From Synechococcus sp. (lineage in GTDB: Bacteria; Cyanobacteriota; Cyanobacteriia; PCC-6307; Cyanobiaceae): a stretch of DNA of 64,000 bases. The stretch covers positions 1,312,001 through 1,376,000 of the forward strand of contig JBJBCN010000002.1 of the NCBI GenBank assembly GCA_047285805.1. The letters run 5' to 3'. The translations under genes and the position numbers were made by a program. The notes under the pieces are model-generated. The model did no database searches. It was not told the DNA's origin and saw only the letters and a list, made by a program, of their open reading frames with translations. Of the stretch, positions 1 through 10,460 are shown one piece after another (the first letter of the stretch is position 1; every line of letters starts with the position of its first letter).

Positions 1-37
1 TCTACACCAGTGGGGCCTGCTGGCTGGGAGCGCGGCG

Positions 38-277
38 CTAGTGGTAGGGGATGCAGTCAAATCCGCGAGATGTCTTGCCATCACTAGGTGAGGCAGCGAC
101 CCAATGTTGCCCGGCCACGATGCAAGCCTTAAGGGTCGGCATGGGGACCTTGGTCACCGCGACGTCCTTGGGGCCGACCCTTAGGGGATCAAAGTTCGAG
201 CGCACCAGCCAGGCCTCGTAGGCCACCGCGGCCGGCATCGAGACCCAGACGAACGCGACCAGCAACAGACGCCTCAC
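38..277 (-). CDS. Small secreted two-Cys protein, same family as 22511-22798 and 34072-34386
   Basis: Signal-peptide-like N-terminus; motif WLV..KVPM..L..C...G..W......GFDC shared with the two element-borne paralogues. Confidence 0.6.
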   Translation of the reverse strand: MRRLLLVAFVWVSMPAAVAYEAWLVRSNFDPLRVGPKDVAVTKVPMPTLKACIVAGQHWVAASPSDGKTSRGFDCIPYH

Positions 278-334
278 AGCTCGACAGGTGCTCCGCGCAC
301 CCTGCCATGGGTGCCCGAGACGCGCCCGACGTCG

Positions 335-1309
335 TTACAAACGAGCGGCGCTCATCCAGTCCGCCCGGGGATCCACACTGCGTGCCGCCCGGAGTTGCTC
401 GAGCAGCTGACGTTCCTGGTCGCTGTAGCGGGCGGGATGCTTGAGGCTGAGGCTGAGCAGCAGGTCCCCGCGACCGCCCTTGGCCGGCCATCCCTTGCCC
501 TTAAGGCGCAGGCTTCGGCCCACGGCCATCGCCGGGGGTACCGAGACGGTGGCTTCTCCATCGGGCGTCGCCACGCGGACTTCGCCGCCCAGGGCCAACT
601 CGTCGAGGCTGAGGGGAAGATCCGCCTTGAGCAGATCCCCATCGAGGATCCAGACCGGGTGGTCCTGGACCTGCAGCGTCAGGTAGAGATCGCCGCGACG
701 ACCGGTTCCGGGCTGCAGATTCCCTTTGCCCTTTAGGCGCAGGCGACTGCCCGGCTTCACGCCTGCGGGGATGCGGACCTGAACGCGTTCGTCATTCACC
801 GCCAGGGTCCGCTCGCAGCCGCGGAAAGCCTCCGAGAACGACAGGGAGATGCTGGCATCGGCATCTAGATTGACCGGCGAGGCCTGACGGCCGGGGCCGC
901 CCGCGAAGCCGCCACCGGGGAAACCCGATCCAAAGCCACCGAAACCACCCGGGGCTCCAGCAAATCCGCCGCCGGGGCCGCCAAAGCGACCGAGAAGGTC
1001 ATTGATGAAGTCGTCGAAATTGCCGTAACGGCCGAAGTCGACATCCACGCCACCGGGGCCAGGCCCCGCACCCGCCTGACTCCAGTACTGGCCAAACTGC
1101 TCATAACGCCGGCGCTTATCAGGATCCGAGAGAACCTCGTAGGCCTCACTGACTTCCTTGAACTTGGCCTCGGCGCCCTTGTCCCCGGGATTCACATCAG
1201 GGTGGTACTGGCGGGCGAGCTTGCGGAAGGCCTTCTTGATCGTGTCCGCATCGGCCCCACGCTCAACGCCCAGAACTTTGAAATAGTCGCGGTAACCGTT
1301 GGCGCTCAT
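335..1309 (-). CDS. dnaJ: DnaJ-class chaperone (J domain, G/F-rich region, C-terminal domain, no zinc finger)
   Basis: HPD motif (YHPDVN), KFKEVSEAYEVLSDP, G/F-rich linker, GDL motifs. Confidence 0.93.
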   Translation of the reverse strand: MSANGYRDYFKVLGVERGADADTIKKAFRKLARQYHPDVNPGDKGAEAKFKEVSEAYEVLSDPDKRRRYEQFGQYWSQAGAGPGPGGVDVDFGRYGNFDDFINDLLGRFGGPGGGFAGAPGGFGGFGSGFPGGGFAGGPGRQASPVNLDADASISLSFSEAFRGCERTLAVNDERVQVRIPAGVKPGSRLRLKGKGNLQPGTGRRGDLYLTLQVQDHPVWILDGDLLKADLPLSLDELALGGEVRVATPDGEATVSVPPAMAVGRSLRLKGKGWPAKGGRGDLLLSLSLKHPARYSDQERQLLEQLRAARSVDPRADWMSAARL

Positions 1310-1457
1310 CGCAGCAGCGGGGAAGGACCGATCAACGGCCCCTCAAGTGTCCCAGCCCTGGGGTGGATTGAGCGAGGGGGCAAACAGGCGGAAGGCCGAA
1401 CGCGTAACCAGCCCCGCCATCGCCTTTAGGGTGCGGCCAACACCTTCCAAAGCAGCT

Positions 1458-1889
1458 ATGGCAGGCTTTCGCAGCGTTCAACTCCTGGGACGCTTGGGCC
1501 TGGGCCTGCTGATGTCCGCGCCAGCGCTGCTGCCGGCCGCCCAGGCCGCCGAAGAACACCCGGCCGCCGCCAGCTCGTCGACGACGCGGCAGAAACAATT
1601 GGCCGAGCACCTCAAGACCCAGGGATTTGTGGTCTACGGGGCTTGGTGGTGCCCCCACTGCAACACGCAAAAGGAACTCTTTGGCGCCGAAGCCATTGCG
1701 TTACTGCCCTACGTCGAATGCGCCCAAGAACAGGAGGGCCGCCAACGCTGCATGGCCGCCAAGGTGCGGGCTTACCCGACCTGGGACTACCAGGGCGAGC
1801 GCCGCGAAGGCTTGATCAGCCTGGAGGAACTCGAGGTGTGGAGCCGCTTCCCCGCCGCTCAATCCGAGGCGGTCACACCGAAGCAGTGA
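1458..1889 (+). CDS. Secreted thioredoxin-fold protein (like the VKOR-associated Trx domain)
   Basis: YGAWWCPHC..QKELFG, YVEC, YPTW; signal peptide. Confidence 0.8.
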   Translation: MAGFRSVQLLGRLGLGLLMSAPALLPAAQAAEEHPAAASSSTTRQKQLAEHLKTQGFVVYGAWWCPHCNTQKELFGAEAIALLPYVECAQEQEGRQRCMAAKVRAYPTWDYQGERREGLISLEELEVWSRFPAAQSEAVTPKQ

Positions 1890-2122
1890 ATCAGGGCGTC
1901 GCCCAAGGTGTTGACCCTCTGAAGCTGAGCCTCGTCGGCCTGGACTAGGGCATCCCCATGGACCCAGAGCAACGCGGGCTTGCTCTGGGTGAAGCCATGC
2001 TGCTCGGCAATCGTGAGGATGTGGTCCACACCAGCGTCGGCGTGGATGTGGTCGCGAATGGCCTGATTGATCCCGACCTTAAAAAGGAAGGTGAGAAGAG
2101 CCGCGGCGGTCACGCAGCGCAT
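1859..2122 (-). CDS. Nif11-like leader-peptide family small protein
   Basis: L..F...V.....R.....A.....IA...GF pattern and a C-terminal GDALIHCFG; start uncertain (ATG 2122 or GTG 2113). Confidence 0.5.
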   Translation of the reverse strand: MRCVTAAALLTFLFKVGINQAIRDHIHADAGVDHILTIAEQHGFTQSKPALLWVHGDALVQADEAQLQRVNTLGDALIHCFGVTASD

Positions 2123-2176
2123 CGCGAGAGTCCTCTCCATGCTGAAGAGGACGTCCTGTTTTGGCTGCGACCGCCC

Positions 2177-2386
2177 ATGAAAATGCATGTCGCCAATACG
2201 GTCGCGGTGTCGCTCCTGTCGACGGCCGTCTTGGTGCTGGCGCTGAAGGACAAGTCATGCCCGAGCACCACGCCAGCCGCTGGCACACAAACCGCACCAA
2301 CCGCCCAAGCTGCTGGTGCGGCGAATCCCGCTCCACCGGCTCCAGCGAGCTCCCAGCGTCAACGCCGGGAGCTCGGCAAGTTTTAA
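2177..2386 (+). CDS. Small hypothetical membrane/secreted protein
   Basis: Hydrophobic N-terminal helix followed by an A/P-rich tail. Confidence 0.45.
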   Translation: MKMHVANTVAVSLLSTAVLVLALKDKSCPSTTPAAGTQTAPTAQAAGAANPAPPAPASSQRQRRELGKF

Positions 2387-2744
2387 GAGGCCAAATCAGT
2401 GAAGTCCTTCAAGTTGAACTGACCGTCGCCGCCAAAGAAGTGATCAAACTCAGGGCTGCGCGCCACAACTGACTCGTTCGAGACGCCCAACAACAGTGCA
2501 TCTGGATCCTGGTGATGCAGCGCAAATGCACTGTCCATGAACAGTGCATAGGGACGATTGGCTGTCGCCACAAGGATGGCGCGCCCCTCAGCCAAGGCTT
2601 TGAGACGTTGGCTGAGGAGACAGAAGGCCCGGTCGAGGCGAATCATCATGAGGTCCAGACCTCCTCCCCCAATGCTGGCCACAGATCACCTGTCTGGCCG
2701 CAGGGTTCACGCCCTGCCTGGAGATGCGAGGAGAAAGCAACCAA

Positions 2745-3020
2745 CAAAAAAGCCGGCATCCAAGGGCACCAGCTTCGGAGAAAGTGTTGGGGTCGGAGCT
2801 TCTGAAGGAGGCACACCTGGGGCCAAGGATCCAGGCGTCGAGGGTGATTCTCCCGGGGCACCTCACGCGGCGCAGGTGGAGTGCCGACAGCTCAGACGTC
2901 GATTTGTGTCCGATCTGCCGGCCCGTTCACAATCGGTAGAAGACTGTTGGAGCATTGGCCTTCGGTCAGCTCGCTCCTGGTGACTGGTTCGGTGGAGTGT
3001 CGGTCAAATCCGCCTCCAAG
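2745..3020 (-). ncRNA. Probable Yfr6-like RNA with internal short ORF (MLQQSSTDCERAGRSDTNRRLSCRHSTCAA)
   Basis: Segment AAATCGACGTCTGAGCTGTCGGCACTCCACCTGCGCCGCGTGAG resembles picocyanobacterial Yfr6 as recalled from memory; ends in terminator GCTGGTGCCCTTGGATGCCGGC-TTTTTT. Confidence 0.5.
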
Positions 3021-3118
3021 ATCTATGGTCCCAATATCGGAGGAATCGAGGCCATGGGCAAGCGGGATGAATACCCATTGCATCCGGGCCAACTCCGATT
3101 GAGAGTGATCAATTGCCG

Positions 3119-3559
3119 TCAGCGCAGATCCTGGTCTCCGACCGAAGCCTGATCGGTGCGAGCCAAGACCGCCTCGCCATCGGTGTAGTGCTTGAACTCC
3201 AGCCAGTTCGCGCTGGGGTCTTGTACAAAAAAGGTGTGATGCTCCAGCGGTCCGCCGGCGTAGCGGCACTTCGGTGTAACCGCGAAGGGACATCCCTGCG
3301 CGACGAGTTGATCGCGGAGCTGCTCCCAACGGTGCAAGGGCGCAAAGACCAATCCGAAATGACGGGGATAGATCCCACCCTGCGGCAGCTCCTGGAGCCC
3401 CGGCGTGGATTGCAGGACCAGCTGATGTCCCTCGAAGTCGAGAATCGCAGCCTGATGACTACGGCGTCCCGGACGGCAGCCCAGGGTGACGACGTACCAG
3501 TCGTGGCTGCGTTGCAAATCGATCGCCGGGATCGAAAGATGAAAGCAAGGGCGCTCCAC
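3119..3559 (-). CDS. VOC/glyoxalase family protein
   Basis: FHLSIP, LGC..GR, GHQLV, GIYPRHFG, DPS.N.LEFK motifs. Confidence 0.85.
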   Translation of the reverse strand: MERPCFHLSIPAIDLQRSHDWYVVTLGCRPGRRSHQAAILDFEGHQLVLQSTPGLQELPQGGIYPRHFGLVFAPLHRWEQLRDQLVAQGCPFAVTPKCRYAGGPLEHHTFFVQDPSANWLEFKHYTDGEAVLARTDQASVGDQDLR

Positions 3560-4380
3560 CGTGCGCGGCCTAGGCCAGCCCCGGCTTGCAGAGGCGACCG
3601 TTGCAGCCCTGCCAGAACTGGACATAGGGGCTCAGGAGCGCGCCATGCAAGCTGCAAAATCCATGGCAGCTCGGATCCCCTTTGACATAGGGGCAACCCG
3701 AACATTGAAGCTGCAGTTGAGAGCGCATGGAGGCGAGATGAAGATCTCCCCTGGTGCCATGGGCAGGGACTGCGTGGGGAGAGTGGAACACGAGCTTGCT
3801 CCCTTCAGGTGCGTATTCCCGGTCTAGGAACGCCCTTGGGTTTCGGCTAATGAAAAGGAGGGAATCCAAACGGGAGCCTCCAGCCGGGGTGGCCGCAGCA
3901 CGGATCTCTGGCTACGACGGAACCAGTCGAAGTGATGCAGTGGAAGACGGACTCTTAGGCCTCGCCGGGCTTGTGATCCTCTTGGCCCTAGCCGGTTTTG
4001 GACTGCAGGAACTGGCCGTTGAACTGCGCAATGCCCAGGACCACCCCTCCACGTAATAGCGCCGCGGCCGACTGGGGGAGCTAGGCGCTAGAGGTGGGAT
4101 GGCTGCTGCCCGATCCATGGCCCTTCAACGACTGCGCTCAATCAAAAAGCACTTGATTCAATCAATGGACCGCCTCACCCAGGGGGGCTCCAAACGAGCC
4201 AAAACCAAACGGATCATCAGCCAGAAAAGCCAAGAGGCCTACGAGGTCGTCTGCGGCGTAGCCGGGTGTGTCCTCAAAAAACGAGCCAAGCTCAAGGCTT
4301 AAGGCATCAGACAGGTCGACCTGCAGATGACCAGAACCACCGGGCTTAGTTCGCTGAGACCAGCAATGGAACTCCCCACC

Positions 4381-4404
4381 GCGGCTTAAAGCCGCATTTT
4401 TTTT
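4381..4404 (+). terminator. Intrinsic terminator near the left edge of the lower-GC region
   Basis: GCGGCTT-AAAGCCGC followed by a T run. Confidence 0.65.
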
Positions 4405-4799
4405 GCCGATGAACAGAGGAGCTGTTCGAGTGACACAAACCGCCTTACGGCCCTGGCCGCAACGATGAGCGATACGACTTTGGATCGAGGGTCTCGAGAG
4501 AGCTGGCTGGACAGTTCTCACCCGTGGCATTTGCACTGGCACATCCATCAGGGATGTATGTATCGCTTGAGACGCCAGCTCAACTGCAACCGGAGCCATC
4601 ACTGATCTATGCGCAGGCTTCGTGAGTGGAAACAACCTTCATAGCCCGTCCAAGCGACGAGGACTTAGCCCTCTTGTGGCCGACCACCCCTTATACCTGT
4701 TGGATCGGCGGCGACATTTCATTGCCGTGCAGGTGTGAGCTGTGCACTGCTCACCGACGTTTGCGCTGGGAAGAGGAAGAGGGGTGAAGCCCCACAGCC

Positions 4800-4954
4800 C
4801 CTCCGGCTTCAGAGAGAAACGGCAGAAGGGTGTTGTTGGCGATTGGAGGGACCCAGCCACCGCCAAACGGCTCGAAGTGTTCACCGCTCGTCGTCTGGAG
4901 TTATGGCAACGCATGCGAAATAAGGGAACCGCCCTCCGACTCACTGCTCAGTAG
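4800..4954 (+). pseudogene. DUF1651-like gene remnant
   Basis: ATAKR.....R.LELWQRMR.KG resembles the C-terminus of picocyanobacterial DUF1651 proteins; broken before the terminal W. Confidence 0.4.
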
Positions 4955-4998
4955 TGGGGAGTGTTGAGGTGGGGGAGATTGGCACTCCCCCTTCTCGG
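4942..4998 (+). repeat. Dispersed island repeat, copy 1
   Basis: CACTGCTCAGTAGTGGGGAGTGTTGAGGTGGGGGAG..CTCCCCCTTCTCGG, near-identical to 10328-10384. Confidence 0.9.
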
Positions 4999-6328
4999 AC
5001 AACGACCCATGTACCAGTCGCCTACTGAACGGTTGTGACCTTGGCCCTGGAGAGCTCGCAAGGATTGGTCGCGCAGCCTCTAGGACAAGCGGGGCGGTAA
5101 GAACCAGCTCAGGCTCGTGGACTGCGCACCGTGGAAGTTATGGCAGGCCTAAAACCCTAGGAGCATCAGTAGTTGTACTCAGGATTCCTCTATCTCTCCG
5201 AGAAGTGCGACCGCATGAGAAAACGCAATTCCAGCGGCTCACCACTCTCCTACCGGCCGCCGGATCGGCTTGGGCACTACGCAGTCACTCTTAGTGGTGC
5301 TGGGTTGTTCGCTCCGCCTGAGCACCTCTTCTGCGTTCCACAGTCCTTGAACTGATTGGCAGTGACCCTGCGGGTCACAGACCCTGAAGAAGTTGCCTCC
5401 CAAAGAATCGAGCGTTGAACCCTTGGCCGTGTCCTTGATGCGTGTGCAAGGCATCAGTGCTTAGCCGCTACACCTGCATAAACAGAGGCGCAGGAGCTGT
5501 ACAAGGGCATTCAGCACTGTCGTGCTCCACTTTCACTGAAACCTGGTGCAGCGGCAGTGATGTGGACAAACCCAACAAGAATCAAACGATTTCAGCGGGC
5601 GCCCCAATGAGAGCCGGCAGCGCGCGTTGTGCCGAAAGGGCTACAAAAACCTGAGCTTATCAGCCGGCGAAAAGTTTCCTATCCCATTTCGTAAATCGCA
5701 CTTAGTACGCAGACGTAGCGAGACAATATTCAACTCGTCAGAAAGGAATACCCCGATCTACGTAGGCATCAAACTCGTTCATCTTCTTGAGAGCGAAGGG
5801 CTTAAGCTGAACTGACTTAGTCCTCATCTGCTTCATCATTAGAGCCTCATTGCTGTTGCAGGTTGGATTATTCGGCTGGCTCCAAGCTGTTGCCAGTTCA
5901 GCGCAATACCTCTTAACACTTCCGAGCCAGGATAGGATCCTATTGATCCTTGCTGGCAATTAAAAAGAGGATTTCAAGGGGTGATTTCTTCTCCAATTAA
6001 GTCGCCAAGAAAAAACATAAGTGGTCGACCCAAGGGGCGTGGGGCCTCCTCAGATGACGCCCCACAGGTTTATGCGGCGACTCCGGTCGGCACAAGCATG
6101 AGAACCGCCAGAGAAAGTACGGTTGTGGGAACTAACCCCAACAAGCCGACCATTAAAAAGGGCGGGGGTTAACCCACCCTTGGCACCTGACCCAAAGCAA
6201 GCGAGGCAGAGTCTGTTGGCGTCTAAACCCTTGTTAGGATTCCAATCAAGTAGGCAGCATCGGCAAAAGCGCTCAACCTCGGAGAACATAAGAAAGGAGA
6301 CGAGCCAACACCATCACTCTCTCCTGGC

Positions 6329-6482
6329 CATTGCTCATCAGCGGGGAGTGTTGAGTTAGGGGAGCTTGCACTCCTCCGCTGGGATCACGGTGAATAGCTC
6401 GACCGTCTCATTAGCGATTGTGGCCTAGATGCTTGAAGGGAGCTAGGACCTCAGTAATGAGCCAGTACCCAGCCCAGGGTCA
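6329..6482 (+). repeat. Dispersed island repeat, copy 2
   Basis: CATTGCTCATCAGCGGGGAGTGTTGAGTTAGGGGAG..CTCCTCC; downstream blocks match copies 3 and 4. Confidence 0.85.
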
Positions 6483-6960
6483 ACACACCGACCAGCAGTA
6501 TCCAAAACATTTGATTGGGCTCAGGCCTCCGCTAGCACCCATCCCAGTGCGATTATGCCAAACACGAGTAGCGGCAGAACTCCCATGACTTCGATCCGTC
6601 GTGAAGGTCGCTAACCCTCTCAGATTCGAGCCTAAAAGACATCAGCAATTGTGCTCAAGCATTCTGTCTCTCACTGGGCAATAAGCGCACACAGAGAAGG
6701 GCGGCGTCCCCACCGCCCCCTCGACACCTACCCGTCAGAACGAAGGCAGGCCTTGTAGGTGGCGGAGCCTTGACAGGTGGGGCATCAGGAACTGACATCA
6801 GTAGAAACACCTGTTCAAAGCTTGCGATCCATCAAACGGCGTCCGGCAAGCCCGTCATCGCAGTTTTCTGCTGATCCACCTCTGATCGTCACACCCGACA
6901 GAAGGAGATGGGTCGATCCCCCGAAGCTGGCTAGAAAAGGATCAGACCTACCGAAAAACA

Positions 6961-7215
6961 ATGAACAACGCACGTGATCTCATCAACGCCCACCTCTACC
7001 CTGTGCTGGCAACGGCTGGTACCATTTTTCTTGCGGTTGGAATGGCAAACGTTATCCAGATCAATCAAAGAATGCACGCTGTTGAAGAAGAGGCCAAGTA
7101 CTTCAACCATTGCATCAAGGCTCATATCGAGGAGAACTCCAAATACCTGATTGATGAGATCGTCGTCCACTGCAATGGCAGCTACAGAGAGCCAAAGACA
7201 TCTTTGGCTCAATAG
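6961..7215 (+). CDS. Small picocyanobacterial membrane protein (HxYPVLA...FNxC...CNG type)
   Basis: HLYPVLA transmembrane segment, then YFNHC and HCNG. Confidence 0.7.
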   Translation: MNNARDLINAHLYPVLATAGTIFLAVGMANVIQINQRMHAVEEEAKYFNHCIKAHIEENSKYLIDEIVVHCNGSYREPKTSLAQ

Positions 7216-7721
7216 AAAACGTCAACGAGGAAATGCGGTAACAGTTGAGCATGAGGAACCAGGGTTTTACAGGCTTTGTTCTTGCCTACAAACGGCCCCA
7301 CTGGCTTCACAAGCGCTGCATTTGAGGGGTGTTGATGGGCGACTGGGGGAAGCCAGCCACCGCCACAAGGATCGAGGAGTACGCGTCTCCTCCTACCCGC
7401 CACCTGAAATCGCGTTGACATTCTGAACGCCAGAAGCACTGTCGTCGAAGCCTTCTTTAAGCAACTTGCTCATTCCTTTGTGTTTGCCGAGTCGCGCCGG
7501 CCATATCTCGGTGAAGCCGCTAGCCCCCCGAAAAGATTACAACTCTTACAGAAAATTCTCTGGTCGAAATAAAAACCCACTTTTCTCGCCATTAATTCAA
7601 AAGTTCCGTAACTATTCTGGAATATTGATGGCGAACTTCTCTCCATCAATGGCCACAAGTGAAATTTGTGACTAATTTTTATCCAATCGTTTCTTGTGGA
7701 ACCTTGATCTCAACTACCTCT

Positions 7722-8600
7722 GTGATCACTACCTTTGGCGGCGAGCGAGCAACTGAACCAGTGGTTTCGTATGGAAATACAAAGAAGAGCGTTCCATCTG
7801 TTGATCAAGGAGAGTTTCGTCAAGCCTTATGCAACGACCTTAACCTTCCCGTCGGGCCAAGGTTTCATGAGGACTGTGGCAAAAAGGTTCAAAGGCCTGG
7901 TTTCAATGTATCAGATAGTTCTGGGGGTGAAAAAGCCATCAAAGCTGCATACAAGCATGTATACGGAAATGCTCATGTGATGGAATCTGAAAGGGATATG
8001 TTATCAGAGTCACAGCTTATGCAAGGCAACATATGCGTAAGAGAATTTGTAAGAAATATCGCAAAAAGTGACTTCTACATTCGGAATTTCTATTCAAAGT
8101 GTGCGCCCATACGCTCGATCGAGCTCAACATGAAGCACATCCTTGGACGCTCCCCAAGGTCAGCAGAAGAAATCTCGTTCTACATTCAGATCCAGGCCAA
8201 TCATGGGCATAATGCGGTTGTCGACCATATGATTGATTCAGCTGAGTATCTAGAGACTTTCGGAATGGATACTGTGCCATATATGCATTCTTGGAAGTCT
8301 TCTGCGGCAGGTTTTCAGTCCTCCTTTAATAGGACAGCCGCTTTGTCACCTGGTTTTTCCTGCTCAGATAAGGCCATTGGAAATAAAAGCCTATTTTCCA
8401 TGAACTATGGTAAAGATGCTAACTACAAGATTACTCCGCCTGCAGCTGCGGCAATCAAGTTGACAATGGCCTCAAGGACCTGGCCTGGAGGCCAGCCTCC
8501 AGCCATGGCCAAAAAAGCGGGTGCTGTTCTTGTGGTGGCTGGCTCGATCGAAGTTATTCGGATCATATTAGTTCTGATTATTTCTGCTCTCACGTCATAA
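7722..8600 (+). CDS. Phycobilisome linker polypeptide, phycoerythrin-associated (MpeC/E-like N-terminus) with hydrophobic C-terminal tail
   Basis: AAYKHVYGN, VREFVRNIAKS, IELNMKHILGR, DSAEYLETFG.DTVPY linker domain; N-terminal C...(L)PVGPR...C. Confidence 0.85.
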   Translation: MITTFGGERATEPVVSYGNTKKSVPSVDQGEFRQALCNDLNLPVGPRFHEDCGKKVQRPGFNVSDSSGGEKAIKAAYKHVYGNAHVMESERDMLSESQLMQGNICVREFVRNIAKSDFYIRNFYSKCAPIRSIELNMKHILGRSPRSAEEISFYIQIQANHGHNAVVDHMIDSAEYLETFGMDTVPYMHSWKSSAAGFQSSFNRTAALSPGFSCSDKAIGNKSLFSMNYGKDANYKITPPAAAAIKLTMASRTWPGGQPPAMAKKAGAVLVVAGSIEVIRIILVLIISALTS

Positions 8601-8698
8601 TCTCGCAAGAATCAATAAAGGGGCTGCCTTCATTCTTTTGTCGCAACCAGGTCTGTGTTTGCCCAAAGGCTTTGTAGACTATTTAGTAAGCAGCTAAA

Positions 8699-8845
8699 AG
8701 TGTTGAGACTTGGGGGGGGGGCAGGACCTCCCCCTCACGTATCTCAGCAAGAGACGACCGTTTCCTTAATCGTTATTGCTTAATTAATTAAGCCGCTTCA
8801 TGGGTGCTAGTGCCTTAGTAATACGCCAGTAGCTACCCAGGGTCA
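8699..8845 (+). repeat. Dispersed island repeat, degenerate copy 4
   Basis: GTGTTGAG..GGGGG..CTCCCCC, GACCGT block, and CTTAGTAATACGCCAGTAGCTACCCAGGGTCA matching 6450-6482. Confidence 0.65.
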
Positions 8846-9548
8846 GTAGAACAACCAAGGTCCATAGGGATTTCACGACTCACTCCTATGGGACCATCAA
8901 TGAACCCAGCCGTGCTCACCCAAAACGACCAGCTGGAGCAGGAGTGGCAGCAGCGTCTGCTGATGAAACCCAGCATTGGCCAGGCGGACAAAAAAAGGAC
9001 GGCTTGCGCCCCGCCTCGGTTTCTGCATTGAAACCCACTAGTAGGCTTGAAAGTAATAGTGCGGCTAGGCCTTAAACAGCTAAGTGTCTTTTGTCACCTA
9101 CTGAGCACTGAGCTGGTCCAAGAGTTTCGAGAACAGTGTTGGGTCAGGGGGAACCGTCCGCTCTCGTTGACATGATTACGCGGATCTCGCCGAAACGCCT
9201 TACGAAGCCGGTCAGGAACTTCTTTTGTGGAACCGCACGCCTACAGAGCGCAAAGGCCACCGAAAACGATGTGATCCCCAAGACATTGGCGGTTAACACG
9301 ACTGTTGTTCCGCTCGTTCTCGACCGATCCGCGACAGGCTTCTCTTACCTTTCGTCAGACCTCTGTGCCCAAATTCCACAACGAAGTGATTGAGCTGACT
9401 GGTTACACGCTGGACCGCTGGGACCTACATGGCGTTCCCTGTAGCTGCCCTGAATGCACTGCTGACTATGAGACTCTGCGGGTGATGCAGCTCTCAACAG
9501 GCAAGCGTTTCCCGAGAACAGCGGGTTGACCATGGGCAGAAATCGGCG

Positions 9549-9932
9549 CTAACCCTTAAGCCAAATCCGGGAGATGATCCAGGCAAAGAGGCCGCAAGGA
9601 ATGGCAAACCCAATAAGCCCAACTGCCATCGCTATTGGCTCTAGCAATGCAGCGGGACTCCGGGGCATCAGCTGCCACACCCAGTTTTTGATCACTCCCC
9701 TGCAGAACAGGGGTAGAAAGAACATCACCGGCACGTACATCGTCGAGAGCATGACGGTGATGACGATCTTCTTGATCTTGCTGAGCTGGCGTCTTTCCAA
9801 TTTGTTGCCTGGTTCGGGAGGTGGTCCGATAGGCGTCATTCCACCTGGCCTTACAGGGCAGCCGCATTTGGGACATGCGGGAGCCTGATTCGAGAACTCG
9901 TGGCCGCACTCGCTGCAGGTTATGAGAGTCAT
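9549..9932 (-). CDS. Zinc-ribbon membrane protein
   Basis: CSECG...CPKCG N-terminus plus two transmembrane helices. Confidence 0.8.
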   Translation of the reverse strand: MTLITCSECGHEFSNQAPACPKCGCPVRPGGMTPIGPPPEPGNKLERRQLSKIKKIVITVMLSTMYVPVMFFLPLFCRGVIKNWVWQLMPRSPAALLEPIAMAVGLIGFAIPCGLFAWIISRIWLKG

Positions 9933-10327
9933 GCAGCAATGGTGACCTTTGCTCGGAGACGCATCAACCGTCCGTCTTCACCCGTTGATAAGTCCCTTAT
10001 AGAGACGAGCCTGAAGACAAAAAACTCCGACTTCAAAACGAAGGCGTCGGAGGGGTATTGGGCGGGCTCAGGGAGAAATCGGGGAGGGAGTTAGCTCCCC
10101 GGCGGATCGCTGGGACTCGCCAATCAGCGTTCCTCGGATCATTTATGGCAAAGCCCATTGGGGTAGTGCGAGGGCTTGTAATGAAGCTCAACTGCGACTG
10201 CGCACCCACTTACTGGCATTTTGTATCTAAATGAGCCATAACCAAGGAGTGCCGTGCGGTGCACAGGGAGAGAAAGGAGCCGGTTGGTGACCGGCTTTTT
10301 TCTTGCTCGCCAAACAGCTCGCCGACC

Positions 10328-10427
10328 CACTGCTCAGTAGCGGGGAGTGTTGAGGTGGGGGAGGTAGCTGCTCCCCCTTCTCGGGTCACGGGTTCTCTCG
10401 GACCGTGTCCTCAGTGGTTATGGCTCT
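10328..10427 (+). repeat. Dispersed island repeat, copy 3
   Basis: CACTGCTCAGTAGCGGGGAGTGTTGAGGTGGGGGAG..CTCCCCCTTCTCGG. Confidence 0.9.
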
Positions 10428-10460
10428 GGTCGCCTTGGAAGTGCAAGGGGCACCATGGCG

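Noticed and set aside
10135..10144. CGGATCATTT match to the att core as a possible fourth att
   Set aside because: Only 10 bp; no GGTTGATA half, hairpin or arm repeats
4942..10427. Repeat family as a CRISPR array or integron attC set
   Set aside because: Kilobase, irregular spacing; no cas or IntI-type gene; no RYYYAAC/GTTRRRY ends seen
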